Of a stretch of 64,000 nucleotides of DNA, positions 18,354 to 29,323 are shown piece after piece. The position numbers were made by a program, and so were the translations under genes. Origin of the DNA: Candidatus Latescibacterota bacterium (GTDB taxonomy: Bacteria > Latescibacterota > UBA2968 > GCA-2709665); the NCBI GenBank assembly GCA_965208835.1, contig OZ242358.1:3648001-3712000 (forward strand), given 5' to 3'. The number at the start of each line of letters is the position of its first letter. The first letter of the stretch is position 1. The notes beneath the pieces are model-generated. The model saw only the letters and a list, made by a program, of their open reading frames with translations. It was not told where the DNA came from and did not search any database.

Positions 18354-19541
18354 ATGGAGAAAATCAGAGTCGGCGTTCTCGGCCTGCGGCGGGGCATTGC
18401 CCATCTGCGCAACTTCCTGGCACTGAATCAGGTCGAAGTCGTTGCCGCCTGCGACCGTTTTCCCTATTACCGCGATCAGGCGCGCGTCCTCGTGGACAGC
18501 CACGGCTCATCAACCGAACTGCTGGCTGAATTTGACGATCTCCTGGAACGCAAGCCCGACGCCGTGGTCGTCGCCAGCAACGGCAGACTCCAGGTCGAGC
18601 ACGCCTGCATGGCACTGGAAGCCGGTTGTCACGTTCTCTCGGAAGTCCCGGGCGCAGACACGGAACACGAACTGATACGCCTTCGTGACGCCGTGGAACG
18701 CACCGGATTGACATACATGCTGGCCGAGAACGCGTGTTACGCCGGATTTCTGCCGTATTGGCGCAAGTGGGTCCTGGAAGACCGCTTCGGACCCATCTCC
18801 ATCGCTGAAGCCGAATACCTTCACTACCTGCCTGAAACACTCTTCACACCTGACGGGAAACGTCTGTCGCCTCACCAGGCGCGGTCCGCGGGGGCCGTGA
18901 ATGCGAAACCAATATGGCGGGCGGACCAGCCGCCAATCCAGTATCTGACCCACGACCTGGGCCCGCTCCTGGAGATCCTGGACGACCGCGTCGTTTCAGT
19001 TACCTGTTTGAGCGCCCCGTGGCGCTGCAGGGAAGTGCCCTTGAGATCCGACGGCCAGATCGCCCTGTTTCACACACAGAAGGGCACGCTTATCAAGATC
19101 ATGGTTACTCTGAACACGGTCCGCCCCTCCGAACACCGCTACAGACTCTTCGGCACCGCGGGGAGCGTGGAGATGTTCACGTACGAAGAATGCACCCGTT
19201 ATTTCGATAGCGGTTGCAGTCACAAGGACGGCTGGAGAGTTCTACCGGTCAGCAGGTCGGCCGTTGACGATGCGACAGGCGGCCACGGGGGAACGGATCT
19301 GAAAGTCGCCGGGCAATTTACGGACAACCTGCTTAAAGGCCGACCCTCTTCGATTGACGTCTACCGCGCAATCGAATATACCCTGCCGGGCATCATCGCT
19401 GCACGTTCCGCGGATCTGGGCGGTACCCCCATTGCAATTCCCGACCTGAGACGGGTTCCGTTTACCCGGACAGATTTCTGGGACACACTTCAGATTCCGG
19501 AAACCGAACCTCCATCCTTTAACTACCGACCGCCGCTGTAG
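18354..19541 (+). CDS. Gfo/Idh/MocA family oxidoreductase
   Basis: KIRVGVLGL Rossmann start; ALEAGCHVLSEVP, YMLAEN and GGHGGTD motifs. Confidence 0.85.
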   Translation: MEKIRVGVLGLRRGIAHLRNFLALNQVEVVAACDRFPYYRDQARVLVDSHGSSTELLAEFDDLLERKPDAVVVASNGRLQVEHACMALEAGCHVLSEVPGADTEHELIRLRDAVERTGLTYMLAENACYAGFLPYWRKWVLEDRFGPISIAEAEYLHYLPETLFTPDGKRLSPHQARSAGAVNAKPIWRADQPPIQYLTHDLGPLLEILDDRVVSVTCLSAPWRCREVPLRSDGQIALFHTQKGTLIKIMVTLNTVRPSEHRYRLFGTAGSVEMFTYEECTRYFDSGCSHKDGWRVLPVSRSAVDDATGGHGGTDLKVAGQFTDNLLKGRPSSIDVYRAIEYTLPGIIAARSADLGGTPIAIPDLRRVPFTRTDFWDTLQIPETEPPSFNYRPPL

Positions 19542-19600
19542 CCTGTCCGCCATCGTCCAGAGCCCCGCAGGTCCGGCTCGCCCTTCATCTTCCATTGCCA

Positions 19601-21322
19601 ATGACATATACATCCGTCGAACTCCAACTCCTCAAGAACAGGCTGGAATCCATCGTGGACGACATGGCGCTCACTGTCGTTCGTACGGCCTATTCAACCA
19701 TTCTCAGAAACTCGATGGATTTTTCCACCGGCTTCTGCGATCCCGACGGCAGGCTGGTCGCACAGGGCCTCTGTCTTCCCTTGCATCTGGGAAGCCTGCC
19801 GGACGGGCTTGCCGCCGTACTGAGCCGGTATGGCGACGCCATTGACGAAGGCGATGTTTTTCTACTCAACGATCCGTATGAAGGTGGCACCCACCTGCCT
19901 GACATCTACGTTTACAAACCTGTTTTCGTCGACTCCCGCCTGCTTGGATTCACGACCGCCATCGCGCATCACACCGATATCGGCGGCCGGGTCGCGGGGG
20001 GAAACGCCTGCGACTCCACGGAGATCTTTCAGGAAGGCCTCCGCATTCCGCCGCTCAAACTCTTCGCTGCCGGCCGACCCGTGCAAGCCATCTTCGACCT
20101 GATCGAGCGGAACGTCCGCGTTCCCCGAAACACCCTTGGGGACCTTCGCGCCCAGTTGTCCGCCTGCCACATCGGCGAAAGAGCGGTCGTCGCACTCGCG
20201 GGGGAACAGGGTTGCGATCGCCTCCAGCGCGGATTTTCCGAACTTCTGGATTACGCCGAGCACCTCACGCGAGCAGAAATCGACGCTCTTCCGGACGGGC
20301 GTTTCACATTTACGGACGTACTCGACGACGACGGTATCGACCCCGATGAGATCCCCATTACGGTCACGGTCGAGGTCGCCGGCAGCGCGCTTTCGGTGGA
20401 CTTCAGCGGCACAGCGCCCCAGGTAAAGGGGGCCATCAACTGTGTCGCTTCATTCACCAGGTCGGCGGTCTACGCCTGTTTGCGCTGTCTCATGCGCGCG
20501 GACATCCCCACCAACTCCGGATTCTTCCGTGCCATTGACGTCCGTGTCCCCTCCGCGACGATTGCCAACCCGGTGCCGCCCGCTCCCGTAGCCGCCCGCG
20601 GCCTCACCGGCTTTCGATTGGCCAACGCGATTATGGGCGCGCTCGCTCCGCTGGCACCGCATATCGTGCCGGCGTGCGAAGTCGGAGGAGATACCGGAAT
20701 CTCGATTGGCGGATACCATTCTGACGGGACGCCTTTTGTCTTTCTCGAGTTTCTCTTCTGCGGCTGGGGAGGTCGTCCGGACCGGGACGGGATCGACGGG
20801 TGCGCCAGTATTGTGGTCAATTTTTCCAATAACCCCGCCGAAGTTGTCGAAGCCGAATATCCGCTCCAGATCCTCGAATACGGATTCCTGACCGACACCG
20901 GCGGCGCAGGAAAGTATCGTGGTTGCTGCTCCATTGTGCGCGAGTACCGCTTTGCTGAAACGCAAGCAACCCTTCAGATCCGCTCGGATCGCCATAATTC
21001 GCGGCCATACGGCCTTTCGGGAGGCAAGCCGGGATCTCCATCCTGCAACATCCTGAACACTCACGCCGAAGCCAGGAGACTGCCCTCAAAGACGCTGCTC
21101 AACCTGAAGAGAGGGGACACCCTGCGGCACGTACTCGCAGGCGCCGGCGGTTGGGGCAATCCATTGGAACGCGACCCTCAACGCATCCTCGACGACGTCA
21201 GAAACGGAAAGGTCTCTATCCGGTCCGCAGAAATGCACTACGGCGTCGCCATAGACCCGGACACGTTGCAAATCGACGTTGCGCGCACGAGCGGGCTCCG
21301 ATCCTGTTCAGCGCGCGCATGA
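19601..21322 (+). CDS. Hydantoinase B/oxoprolinase family subunit
   Basis: RTAYS..MDFS, NDPYEGGTHLPD, HHTDIGG, EIFQEG and GGWGNPLERDP motifs. Confidence 0.9.
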   Translation: MTYTSVELQLLKNRLESIVDDMALTVVRTAYSTILRNSMDFSTGFCDPDGRLVAQGLCLPLHLGSLPDGLAAVLSRYGDAIDEGDVFLLNDPYEGGTHLPDIYVYKPVFVDSRLLGFTTAIAHHTDIGGRVAGGNACDSTEIFQEGLRIPPLKLFAAGRPVQAIFDLIERNVRVPRNTLGDLRAQLSACHIGERAVVALAGEQGCDRLQRGFSELLDYAEHLTRAEIDALPDGRFTFTDVLDDDGIDPDEIPITVTVEVAGSALSVDFSGTAPQVKGAINCVASFTRSAVYACLRCLMRADIPTNSGFFRAIDVRVPSATIANPVPPAPVAARGLTGFRLANAIMGALAPLAPHIVPACEVGGDTGISIGGYHSDGTPFVFLEFLFCGWGGRPDRDGIDGCASIVVNFSNNPAEVVEAEYPLQILEYGFLTDTGGAGKYRGCCSIVREYRFAETQATLQIRSDRHNSRPYGLSGGKPGSPSCNILNTHAEARRLPSKTLLNLKRGDTLRHVLAGAGGWGNPLERDPQRILDDVRNGKVSIRSAEMHYGVAIDPDTLQIDVARTSGLRSCSARA

Positions 21323-21416
21323 CGCCCTCATGTCAAATCGGTCCCGGTTGCATCCAGGCAGGTAACGAAACGCGGACGATCCTTTGGACCGCCCGCATCT
21401 TATACTGAAACGTCCG

Positions 21417-23474
21417 CTAAAACCGCATACATTCCAAGTCAATCACGACATTCCTCCACTCGTCCAGTTGAACGCGAACATCCGGGGGAACCAGCGTGGT
21501 TGCGTCATAATCCTCTAGAATCAGCGGGCCCCATAAAGGCGATTCCTTCAGTTGGCTCCGCGTCAAAACCCGTGTCTCAATCCATCCCTTATGCTCCCCG
21601 AAATATGCCCGCCGTGTGCCGGGCATCCGGGCACCTTCATCAGGTTCGTCGATGTCGTTCCCGCTGGGCATCGGCGGCCCGGGCAGGAACGCGCGAATCC
21701 TCAATGTTACGATTTCAACCGAGCCGGTCTCGGCGCGGTGCCCGTACGTGCGCTCGTGTTCTTCTTCAAACGCGTTCGCCAGGTCCACAAGGGTGCCACG
21801 GTTCCACGATCCGCCGGGTGCCCTGATCGGCAGTTCATAGGACTGCCCGGCGTACCTGAGATCCACGAAATTCTCGAATGCCGAACCAGGCAGACGTTCT
21901 CCGGCTTCGTCCGCCATCCTTTCAAATGCAGACTGAAGCTCATCCGGTTCCGCTTCCAGCAGTCGACCCAGGCGGGTGTGTGCCAGATCGTACTGCAATC
22001 CTGCCGAGACCAGACCGATGGCGCTGAAGAGCCCCGGCGCGGGCGGCACCAATACGCGCTGTATGCCCAGTACACCGGCCATCGCCACGGCGTGGAGAGG
22101 GCCGCTTCCGCCGAAAGCCAGCAACGTGTATTCACCGGGATCCCGGCCGCGCTCTGACGAAACCGCACGCACTGCTCTCACCATACGTGCAACCGCGATC
22201 CGGTGCGCCCCCAGGGCGGCCTCGGCCACCCCCAGATTCATCCTGGACGCAATACATTCCTGCATCGCGCTGCGTGCCAGTGCGACGCCCAGAGGAAGGC
22301 AACCCCCAGCCGGTCCATCGGGATTCAGATATCCAAGCAGCAGATTCGCATCTGTAAGCGTAGGCCGTTTTCCGCCGCGCCGGTAGCAGACCGGACCCGG
22401 GTCCGCTCCTGCGCTGGCCGGTCCGACAAGAAGCGCTCCACCGCCGTCGACCTCCAGGATACTCCCTCCGCCAGCTCCGATCTCGGCCAGATCGATACTG
22501 GGCACCCGGGTGGCGTACCCGCCACCGCTAAGTAACCTCCCAGCAACGGACAACCCGCCGCCCACCTCGTAGTCCGAAATGCGGGATATTTGTCCGTTTT
22601 CGATCAGCGCAGCCTTGGCCGTGGTCCCTCCCATATCGAATGCAATCAGATCCATGCAACCGATGCGACGCCCCAGCGACGCGGCAGCGACCACGCCCGC
22701 GGCAGGCCCGGATTCGAGAATCTGCACGGGACGCTCGACCGCTGTAGCAGCGTCGGTAACGCCTCCCCCGGACTGCATGATCCGCAGCGGAGCATCTATC
22801 TTCAGGGTTTGAAGTCGTGCGCGAAGATCGCTCAAGTAGCTCCGTACCACGGGCATCACGTATGCGTTAATCACTGTAGTACTGGTCCGTTCGTATTCCT
22901 TGATTTCGGGCAGGACTTCCGAGGACAGCGTCACAGTCCATCGCCCGGCGGCACGCAGCAGCTCACCTATCCTGATTTCGTGATCCGGATTTACATACGA
23001 GTTGAGCAGGCAAACCGCGATCGAAACAACACGTTCCTCATTCAGCCGTTCGATCGCAAGAAGAACACTCTCCTCATCCAGTGGTTCCAGGACGTGGCCA
23101 TCGGCCGCAATCCGTTCCGTCACCTCCAGACGGAGATAACGTGGCACAAGGGGCTTCGGCTTCTCCCAGGAGAGATCGTACAACCGGGGCATCCGCAGAC
23201 GCCCGATCTCAAGTACGTCTCGAAATCCCCTGGTTGTGATCAGCCCGGTCCGGGCGCCCGTGCCGCCAAGGACGGCATTGGTCGCCACGGTCGTGCCATG
23301 AATGACTTCATTCACCTGCACGCTGGATCCCTTTACAACATGACTTACGCCATCTATTATGGCCCTGCCGTAATCTTCCGGCGTGGAAGGCAACTTGCAC
23401 AGTTTGACGCGGCCGTCTTCGTCAACAGCCACAACATCCGTAAACGTGCCGCCAATATCGATGCCGATGCGCAT
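21417..23474 (-). CDS. Hydantoinase A/oxoprolinase family subunit
   Basis: GIDIGGTFTD, HGTTVATN, ESGPAAG, DMGGTT, IGAGGGS, SAGADPGP and RYAGQ motifs. Confidence 0.9.
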   Translation of the reverse strand: MRIGIDIGGTFTDVVAVDEDGRVKLCKLPSTPEDYGRAIIDGVSHVVKGSSVQVNEVIHGTTVATNAVLGGTGARTGLITTRGFRDVLEIGRLRMPRLYDLSWEKPKPLVPRYLRLEVTERIAADGHVLEPLDEESVLLAIERLNEERVVSIAVCLLNSYVNPDHEIRIGELLRAAGRWTVTLSSEVLPEIKEYERTSTTVINAYVMPVVRSYLSDLRARLQTLKIDAPLRIMQSGGGVTDAATAVERPVQILESGPAAGVVAAASLGRRIGCMDLIAFDMGGTTAKAALIENGQISRISDYEVGGGLSVAGRLLSGGGYATRVPSIDLAEIGAGGGSILEVDGGGALLVGPASAGADPGPVCYRRGGKRPTLTDANLLLGYLNPDGPAGGCLPLGVALARSAMQECIASRMNLGVAEAALGAHRIAVARMVRAVRAVSSERGRDPGEYTLLAFGGSGPLHAVAMAGVLGIQRVLVPPAPGLFSAIGLVSAGLQYDLAHTRLGRLLEAEPDELQSAFERMADEAGERLPGSAFENFVDLRYAGQSYELPIRAPGGSWNRGTLVDLANAFEEEHERTYGHRAETGSVEIVTLRIRAFLPGPPMPSGNDIDEPDEGARMPGTRRAYFGEHKGWIETRVLTRSQLKESPLWGPLILEDYDATTLVPPDVRVQLDEWRNVVIDLECMRF

Positions 23475-23502
23475 ATTCCCGCAATCCTTGAAGTGGAATT
23501 CT

Positions 23503-24816
23503 TCAATCAATAAACAGGTACCTTGCGATAAATATCACCGCCAGCAGGTCCACCAGGGGGTTCACCTCGTCCCCCTGTCGCCCCAGCCGCTTTACAATGG
23601 GAAACGCGATGAACCCCATCGCAAGACCGTCCGAAATACTGAACGTCAACGGCATGGCGATCATGGTCAGAAATGCCGGCAAAGCATCGGTGACGTCGTG
23701 CCATTTCACGTTAACCACCGATGCCATCATCAGTACCCCAACCACGATAAGCGCCGGCGCGGTTGCAAACGCCGGAATGGCCTCCACGAGAGGTGTAAGG
23801 AACAGGGCCAGCAGGAACATGGCGCCTGTTACAACGCTCGCGAAGCCGGTGCGCGCCCCGGCTGAAATGCCCGAAGCGCTTTCGATATACGTCGTCACAG
23901 TCGAAGTCCCGAACAGAGAGCCGAATACCGTACCCAATGAATCGGCAAGCAGCGCCCGGTTTGCCCGCGGCAGCCGGCCCCGTTCATCCAGAAATCCCGC
24001 TCTGCCCGACACCCCGACCAGCGTACCCATGGTGTCGAACATATCCACAAACAGGAAAACAAAGACCACGCCGATTAAACCTACATCGAATGCCGCCGCC
24101 AGGTTTACAGCCGCGACGCCAAACAACTGTTCAGGCCACGCCGGCAGACTGAAAAACCCTTCAGGTGCTGCGGTCACGCCCGTCAACACTCCCAGAACCG
24201 TCACACCCAGCATCCCGTACAATATGGCTCCCTTAACGCCTCTTGCCAACATGACGCCCGTGCCCAGCACACCCAGCAGCGTAAGTCCAACGGGTCCACT
24301 TCTGATTTCTCCAAGTGTGATCAGCGTTGCTGAATTCGCCGCCACGATTCCCGCGTTCTTCAATCCGATAAATGCGATAAACAGTCCGATGCCGCACGCC
24401 GTGGCATGCTTGATGGTATCGGGTACGGCGTTGATGATGGCCTCTCTCACGCGCACCAGCGTCAACAACGTAAAGAGGATACCCGATGCAAGAACGACGC
24501 CCAATGCCAGGTCCCAGCGCACGCCCATCCCCAGCACCACGGTATACGCGAAAAAGGCGTTCAATCCCATCCCCGGCGCCAGGGCAAACGGATAATTCGC
24601 GACAATGCCCATAATCAGGGTCGCCAGGGCCGCTGAAATGCAAGTTGCGAACAGCAGTTCTCCAAAAAGATCCTTCCCCAGCGCTTCCGACAGCATGCCC
24701 GGATTCACGGCCACGATATAGGCCATCGTGACAAATGAAGTCAGTCCGCCAATCACCTCTGTCCGAAAGGTGGCCCCATTCTCTTTAAACCGAAAATACC
24801 TGACAATCGAAGTCAT
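23503..24816 (-). CDS. NCS2/AzgA-like purine (guanine/hypoxanthine) permease
   Basis: TMAYIVAVNP, LAPGMGLNAFF, FVDMFDTMGT and YIESASGISAGARTG motifs. Confidence 0.9.
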   Translation of the reverse strand: MTSIVRYFRFKENGATFRTEVIGGLTSFVTMAYIVAVNPGMLSEALGKDLFGELLFATCISAALATLIMGIVANYPFALAPGMGLNAFFAYTVVLGMGVRWDLALGVVLASGILFTLLTLVRVREAIINAVPDTIKHATACGIGLFIAFIGLKNAGIVAANSATLITLGEIRSGPVGLTLLGVLGTGVMLARGVKGAILYGMLGVTVLGVLTGVTAAPEGFFSLPAWPEQLFGVAAVNLAAAFDVGLIGVVFVFLFVDMFDTMGTLVGVSGRAGFLDERGRLPRANRALLADSLGTVFGSLFGTSTVTTYIESASGISAGARTGFASVVTGAMFLLALFLTPLVEAIPAFATAPALIVVGVLMMASVVNVKWHDVTDALPAFLTMIAMPLTFSISDGLAMGFIAFPIVKRLGRQGDEVNPLVDLLAVIFIARYLFID

Positions 24817-25325
24817 GAGCCTCTCCCGGGGCAAATGCAAGATTAACCTAAATTCGAAACTCTTCGGGGACGTATAGCCGAAAATATGCAAGTAGACAAG
24901 GGCGGTTTGACTTCGGATTACCAGAATACGCCTAGTCACTGTGCATGAACTGAAAAAACGTCTTTTTGGACGACTCTTTCGCCCCGTTTCAGCGGTTTCG
25001 TTCGCGTCGCCGCGTTGCTTTTTTTGCTAAATCGGGACAAACTGATCAGTCTCGGAAATTCACCATCTCGAAGTTGAGGTCTTGCCGTTCTCGTGCCTGA
25101 TTGCGAACCGGAAATCCCCCTGAAACGCTCTCCACTATTCGAAATGCGGAACTGCGAACCCGTCGGTTCACGCTTCAGAACCTGTAGCGCGGGCGGTCGG
25201 CTTTGCCCTTGTTTTTGTTTCGGACTTATTTACATTTGTCTAACGTGGCGACCTCACAAACCGGTCGGTGGCCTTCGGCCGATGCTTCCGCGCTGAGGAA
25301 CACGTTCAAGCCCTGGAGCCATGTC

Positions 25326-26090
25326 ATGTCAGAGGATATCGGACCGATCCTGAAAAACTGGCCCTACGATCCCCAGAACAGCATCCGAAAAGTAATCGAT
25401 CCCAGGGGCGTGGAGAAGATTCAGGTGCGTGTCGATCAAGGTGCGTTTCAGGGCGTTTTGCAAATGGAATTGGATGGCCGGCCCGATGGACAGAAACCCT
25501 ACAATCAGACCTTTGTCCTGGACTATCACAAACAGCAGTTGCAGAAACATGTGGGCGCGTCCGGGTCTCCCGCGGGCTTCAGTCTGGATGAGCACGCCTG
25601 TTCCGAGATTTTCGACGAAAGCCGGCGGATATACGAAAGGTATGTATTCCTTCTGCAGATTCGGGATTACAACAGGGTTATACGCGATACCGAAAGAAAT
25701 ATGGACGTATTCCGCTTTGTCAACAGGTACGCCGAACGTACTGAAGACAGGGAAAACCTCGAAAAGTGGTGGCCTTACATTCTCAGAATCCACGCCGTCG
25801 CAAGGGTAATGATCGCAACCCAGCAGGACGACTACGACACGGCACTCGAGATAATCGGTGACACTCAGACGAAGATTTCTAACCTCGAAGGTGTGGAGGC
25901 CGAAGAGTTTGAAATCGAAAAAAAGCGCTCTCAGGAGTCCCTTAAGGAACTTGAAGACGAAATACTGAGCAAACGCCCGCAGAGTCCGGCGGAAAGACTC
26001 AAGGAGGAATTGGCTCAGGCCGTCGAGGACGAGGATTTTGAGCGCGCCGCTGCCATTCGGGACAAAATCTGGGAATTGGAAGAAAATTGA
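25326..26090 (+). CDS. UvrB/UvrC-motif-containing protein
   Basis: C-terminal LKEELAQAVEDEDFERAAAIRDKI (UVR motif); N-terminal LQMELDGRPDG. Confidence 0.75.
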   Translation: MSEDIGPILKNWPYDPQNSIRKVIDPRGVEKIQVRVDQGAFQGVLQMELDGRPDGQKPYNQTFVLDYHKQQLQKHVGASGSPAGFSLDEHACSEIFDESRRIYERYVFLLQIRDYNRVIRDTERNMDVFRFVNRYAERTEDRENLEKWWPYILRIHAVARVMIATQQDDYDTALEIIGDTQTKISNLEGVEAEEFEIEKKRSQESLKELEDEILSKRPQSPAERLKEELAQAVEDEDFERAAAIRDKIWELEEN

Positions 26091-26329
26091 CGCAATGCAC
26101 CGGGAGTGTACGGTGAGTTCTCCAGGATTGGCGTTACGGCCTTAGTTTCCGATCTATTCCAGATCATGTCGTCGAGGAACGCACACCCCTCAAAATAGGC
26201 ATATACAGCCAGAGCCTGCAAGACCTTTGACACATGCGCCCAGGCGGCAATGCAATAGATTCGCATAGACCATGTCCCCGTAAACGGACTCAGTCTCCTG
26301 CCGGAATTCCACGTGGCATCAAAAACACC

Positions 26330-26358
26330 TTGACTTTTCGGATCGAATCCAATACTAT
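26330..26358 (+). promoter_or_regulatory. Putative sigma70 promoter of the ilvB leader
   Basis: TTGACT-N17-TACTAT. Confidence 0.55.
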
Positions 26359-26513
26359 ATTCCCCGCAAGACAGATCATCCGCTTACACACCGCCTCCGA
26401 TGTTCCACGGATCAAATTACCGGGCAGTTACAGCCCGGCGGCCTACGTAAGGGATTCATCCAGTGGCATTGAATCTGCGCGCTATATCCGTTCCAGTCCC
26501 GGGCAACGATAAC

Positions 26514-26570
26514 GTGAACCCTGGCGTCGCTCTTTTGGTACCCGTATCCCCTGGACGGCAGGGCTTATAA
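26514..26570 (+). CDS. Putative ilvB attenuator leader peptide (MNPGVALLVPVSPGRQGL)
   Basis: GTG...TAA mini-ORF with a clustered V-A-L-L-V-P-V run; an in-frame GTG at 26463 would give a longer version. Confidence 0.55.
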   Translation: MNPGVALLVPVSPGRQGL

Positions 26571-26599
26571 TCCGGAATGGCAGATACACGAACTCAGCC

Positions 26600-26630
26600 C
26601 GCCGTCGATGTCGATTCGACGGCGTTTTTT
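26600..26630 (+). terminator. Attenuator (intrinsic) terminator upstream of ilvB
   Basis: CGCCGTCGA/TCGACGGCG 9-bp stem followed by T6. Confidence 0.75.
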
Positions 26631-26731
26631 ATTTGCGGTTTTTCCACATGAATTTGACGGATCGCCGGTGCGTGTTTATATTGCATTAATTAACCGCAGA
26701 ACGGCTTCTTACACTTGGGAGTACACTGCAG

Positions 26732-28507
26732 ATGGCAAAGGAATCCGAGCAAATCCGCGCATCCGAAACCAACGGGCGTCCTGAAAAGCAGGTGGCGTTT
26801 GGAGACGTGTCTTCGCCTCCTCCATCTCCGATGAAAGGCGCGGACATTCTGGTGGAAGCGCTTGTCCGTGAGGGTGTCGATGTCATCTTCGGATATCCCG
26901 GCGGCGCAAGCATGGAGATCCATCAGGCGCTCACACGTTCCCGGATCCGAAACGTGTTGTGTCGGCACGAGCAAGGTGAAATATTCGCCGCAGAGGGATT
27001 TGCAAAGGCATCGGGCAGGGTTGGCGTATGTCTGGCCACATCCGGTCCCGGAGCTACCAATCTGGTCACAGGATTGGCTGACGCGAAGATGGATTCCGTT
27101 CCTCTGGTAGCCATAACGGGTCAGGTGGCAACACACGTGATGGGCGGCGACGCTTTTCAGGAAACACCCATCGTCGAGGTCACGAGGCAGATCACCAAGC
27201 ACAACTTCCTGATCGACCGTATCGAGGATATACCACGCATCGTAAAGGAGTCGTTCTATATCGCTAATTCCGGCCGGCCGGGACCGGTGCTGATCGATGT
27301 GCCGAAAGACGTCCAGCAGGCCATGCATGCGCCGGTCTGGCCGGACGACGTGGCCATTCGAAGCTATAATCCACATATCAGGGCCGACAGCAGAGCCGTC
27401 GAAAACGTGGTCCGCGCGATCCGGGAAGCCAAACGGCCGATCCTCTATGTCGGCGGAGGCATCGTGGCCGCCGGCGCCGCCGGGCAACTTCGGGAGCTTG
27501 TCAGCAAAACCGGCATTCCCGTCGTGCAAACGCTCATGGGGCTTGGCGTCTTCCCGGAAACCCATCCGCTCTCGCTCAGAATGGTCGGCATGCACGGAAC
27601 CGTCTACGCAAACTACGCGATCAACCACGCGGACCTGTTGCTGGCTATGGGAGTTCGTTTCGATGACCGCGTTACGGGAAAGCTCGAGGAGTTCTGCAAA
27701 CACGGCAAGATCGTACACGTCGACATCGACCCATCGGAAATCAACAAGAACAAAACCGCACACATTCCTGTTGTCAGCGACGTCAGATACGCCCTTGAGG
27801 ACTTGAATAAACAGGTGGTACCCGGAGACTACAACGCCTGGCATACCGAACTGAAAACCTGGCGAAAGAAACATCCGCTCGCCTATCAGGAAGCGGACGA
27901 CGCGATCCTTCCTCAGCACGCCATCGACTTGCTGTATCGAATGACGAACGGAAAGGCCGTGGTCTCAACGGGTGTGGGACAGCATCAGATGTGGGCCGCC
28001 CAATATTACCTGTTCGACGAACCGCGCAACTGGCTCACATCGGGCGGGCTGGGCGCGATGGGATTCGGCCTGCCAGCCGCTCTGGGCGCTCAACTGGCCA
28101 GACCTGACGACCTGGTCGTGAATATCGACGGCGACGGAAGCTTTGTGATGAACGTGCAGGAACTGGCCACGCTTTACGTGGAGAAACTTCCCGTTAAAAC
28201 CCTCATTATCAACAACCAGCACCTGGGAATGGTGGTTCAATGGGAAGACAGGTTCTACGAAAGCAACCGCGGCCACACCTTCATAGGCGATCCGGAAGGG
28301 GGCATCCACCCCGATTTTGTCAATATCGCCAAGGGTTTCGGCATTCCGGCAGCGCGCGTGGAACACAAGAAAGAACTGGAGGGTGCCCTGGAGCATCTGC
28401 TCGAGACTCCCGGCCCGTACGTGCTTGACGTTATCGTTCCCTATCAGGAACATGTGCTTCCCATGATCCCGGCGGGTCATACATTTGCAGACATAATCAC
28501 TGAGTAA
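26732..28507 (+). CDS. ilvB: Acetolactate synthase large subunit, biosynthetic type
   Basis: [45 protein letters not shown] and HVLPMIP motifs. Confidence 0.95.
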   Translation: MAKESEQIRASETNGRPEKQVAFGDVSSPPPSPMKGADILVEALVREGVDVIFGYPGGASMEIHQALTRSRIRNVLCRHEQGEIFAAEGFAKASGRVGVCLATSGPGATNLVTGLADAKMDSVPLVAITGQVATHVMGGDAFQETPIVEVTRQITKHNFLIDRIEDIPRIVKESFYIANSGRPGPVLIDVPKDVQQAMHAPVWPDDVAIRSYNPHIRADSRAVENVVRAIREAKRPILYVGGGIVAAGAAGQLRELVSKTGIPVVQTLMGLGVFPETHPLSLRMVGMHGTVYANYAINHADLLLAMGVRFDDRVTGKLEEFCKHGKIVHVDIDPSEINKNKTAHIPVVSDVRYALEDLNKQVVPGDYNAWHTELKTWRKKHPLAYQEADDAILPQHAIDLLYRMTNGKAVVSTGVGQHQMWAAQYYLFDEPRNWLTSGGLGAMGFGLPAALGAQLARPDDLVVNIDGDGSFVMNVQELATLYVEKLPVKTLIINNQHLGMVVQWEDRFYESNRGHTFIGDPEGGIHPDFVNIAKGFGIPAARVEHKKELEGALEHLLETPGPYVLDVIVPYQEHVLPMIPAGHTFADIITE

Positions 28508-28525
28508 ATCCACGGGCAACCTGTC

Positions 28526-28560
28526 AAAATCCGGATGTTGCGATGCAGCATCCGGATTTT
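28526..28560. terminator. Hairpin terminator after ilvB
   Basis: AAAATCCGGATG...CATCCGGATTTT inverted repeat. Confidence 0.6.
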
Positions 28561-28571
28561 CGTGTCCGCAG

Positions 28572-28600
28572 GGAACGCCTGTCACAACGTCAATGTCTAA
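28572..28600 (+). promoter_or_regulatory. Putative autoregulatory ECF sigma promoter
   Basis: GGAACGC-N16-GTCTAA; same layout as 30670-30698. Confidence 0.6.
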
Positions 28601-28732
28601 GTGTGTGGAAGGGCAATCGCGGGCACGTTGTCAATTCACGCTGCAGTTCGCCTGCGATTTACGGATCATTGCCGGATGACGCGACAGTCCTGATTGTCGG
28701 TTTGGATCCATGCCGCGTTTCCAGGAGCCCGA

Positions 28733-29323
28733 ATGGGTGGAGATCTGGATCTGGTCAGACGTTGTAAGGAGGGAGATCAAAAGGCGTTTCGCGTCCTTGT
28801 GGAACGTTATGAAGGGCGCGTCTACAATCTTGCGTGTTCAATTCTGGGAGACCGGGAGATCGCCCGGGATGCCGCCCAGACCGCCTTCATCCGCGCATAC
28901 CAGGCCTTGCCCAGATTCCGCGCCGACTCGGGGTTCTACACCTGGCTCTACAGAATCGCCGTCAATGTCTGTCTCAACGCGGCTCAGAAGGAGAAACGCC
29001 GGCGAGATTCAACGTCGCTCGATTCACTCCTCGATTCCGGACATTTCTCAACCGAACACCTGTGGGAACGCCGAACACCTGCCGGCGATTTCGAACGCCT
29101 GAAACTGCAGGAAACCATACAGGAAGTACTGAATCTGATCTCTCCCGACCACCGGCTCGTTATTGTACTGAAAGATATCGAAGGCATGTCGCAGGAAGAG
29201 ATTTCCAGGACGCTGAATTGTTCGGTCGGTACCGTCAAATCCCGCCTCTCCCGGGCCCGGGCGCATCTCAGGGACCTCTTGCGGCCCGTTTACAACGAGT
29301 GGAAAGAGGGGACGCCGCCATGA
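28733..29323 (+). CDS. ECF (RpoE/SigW-like) RNA polymerase sigma factor
   Basis: AFRVLVERYE, FYTWLYRIAVN and SVGTVKSRLSRAR motifs; AGGAG RBS. Confidence 0.92.
   Translation: MGGDLDLVRRCKEGDQKAFRVLVERYEGRVYNLACSILGDREIARDAAQTAFIRAYQALPRFRADSGFYTWLYRIAVNVCLNAAQKEKRRRDSTSLDSLLDSGHFSTEHLWERRTPAGDFERLKLQETIQEVLNLISPDHRLVIVLKDIEGMSQEEISRTLNCSVGTVKSRLSRARAHLRDLLRPVYNEWKEGTPP

Noticed and set aside
24817-25200. Purine riboswitch upstream of the NCS2 permease
   Set aside because: No recognisable purine aptamer core on the minus strand.
28834-29319. Long N-terminal extension of the anti-sigma ORF (309 aa in the track)
   Set aside because: It overlaps the sigma gene out of frame; ATG 29320 with ATGA coupling is the natural start.
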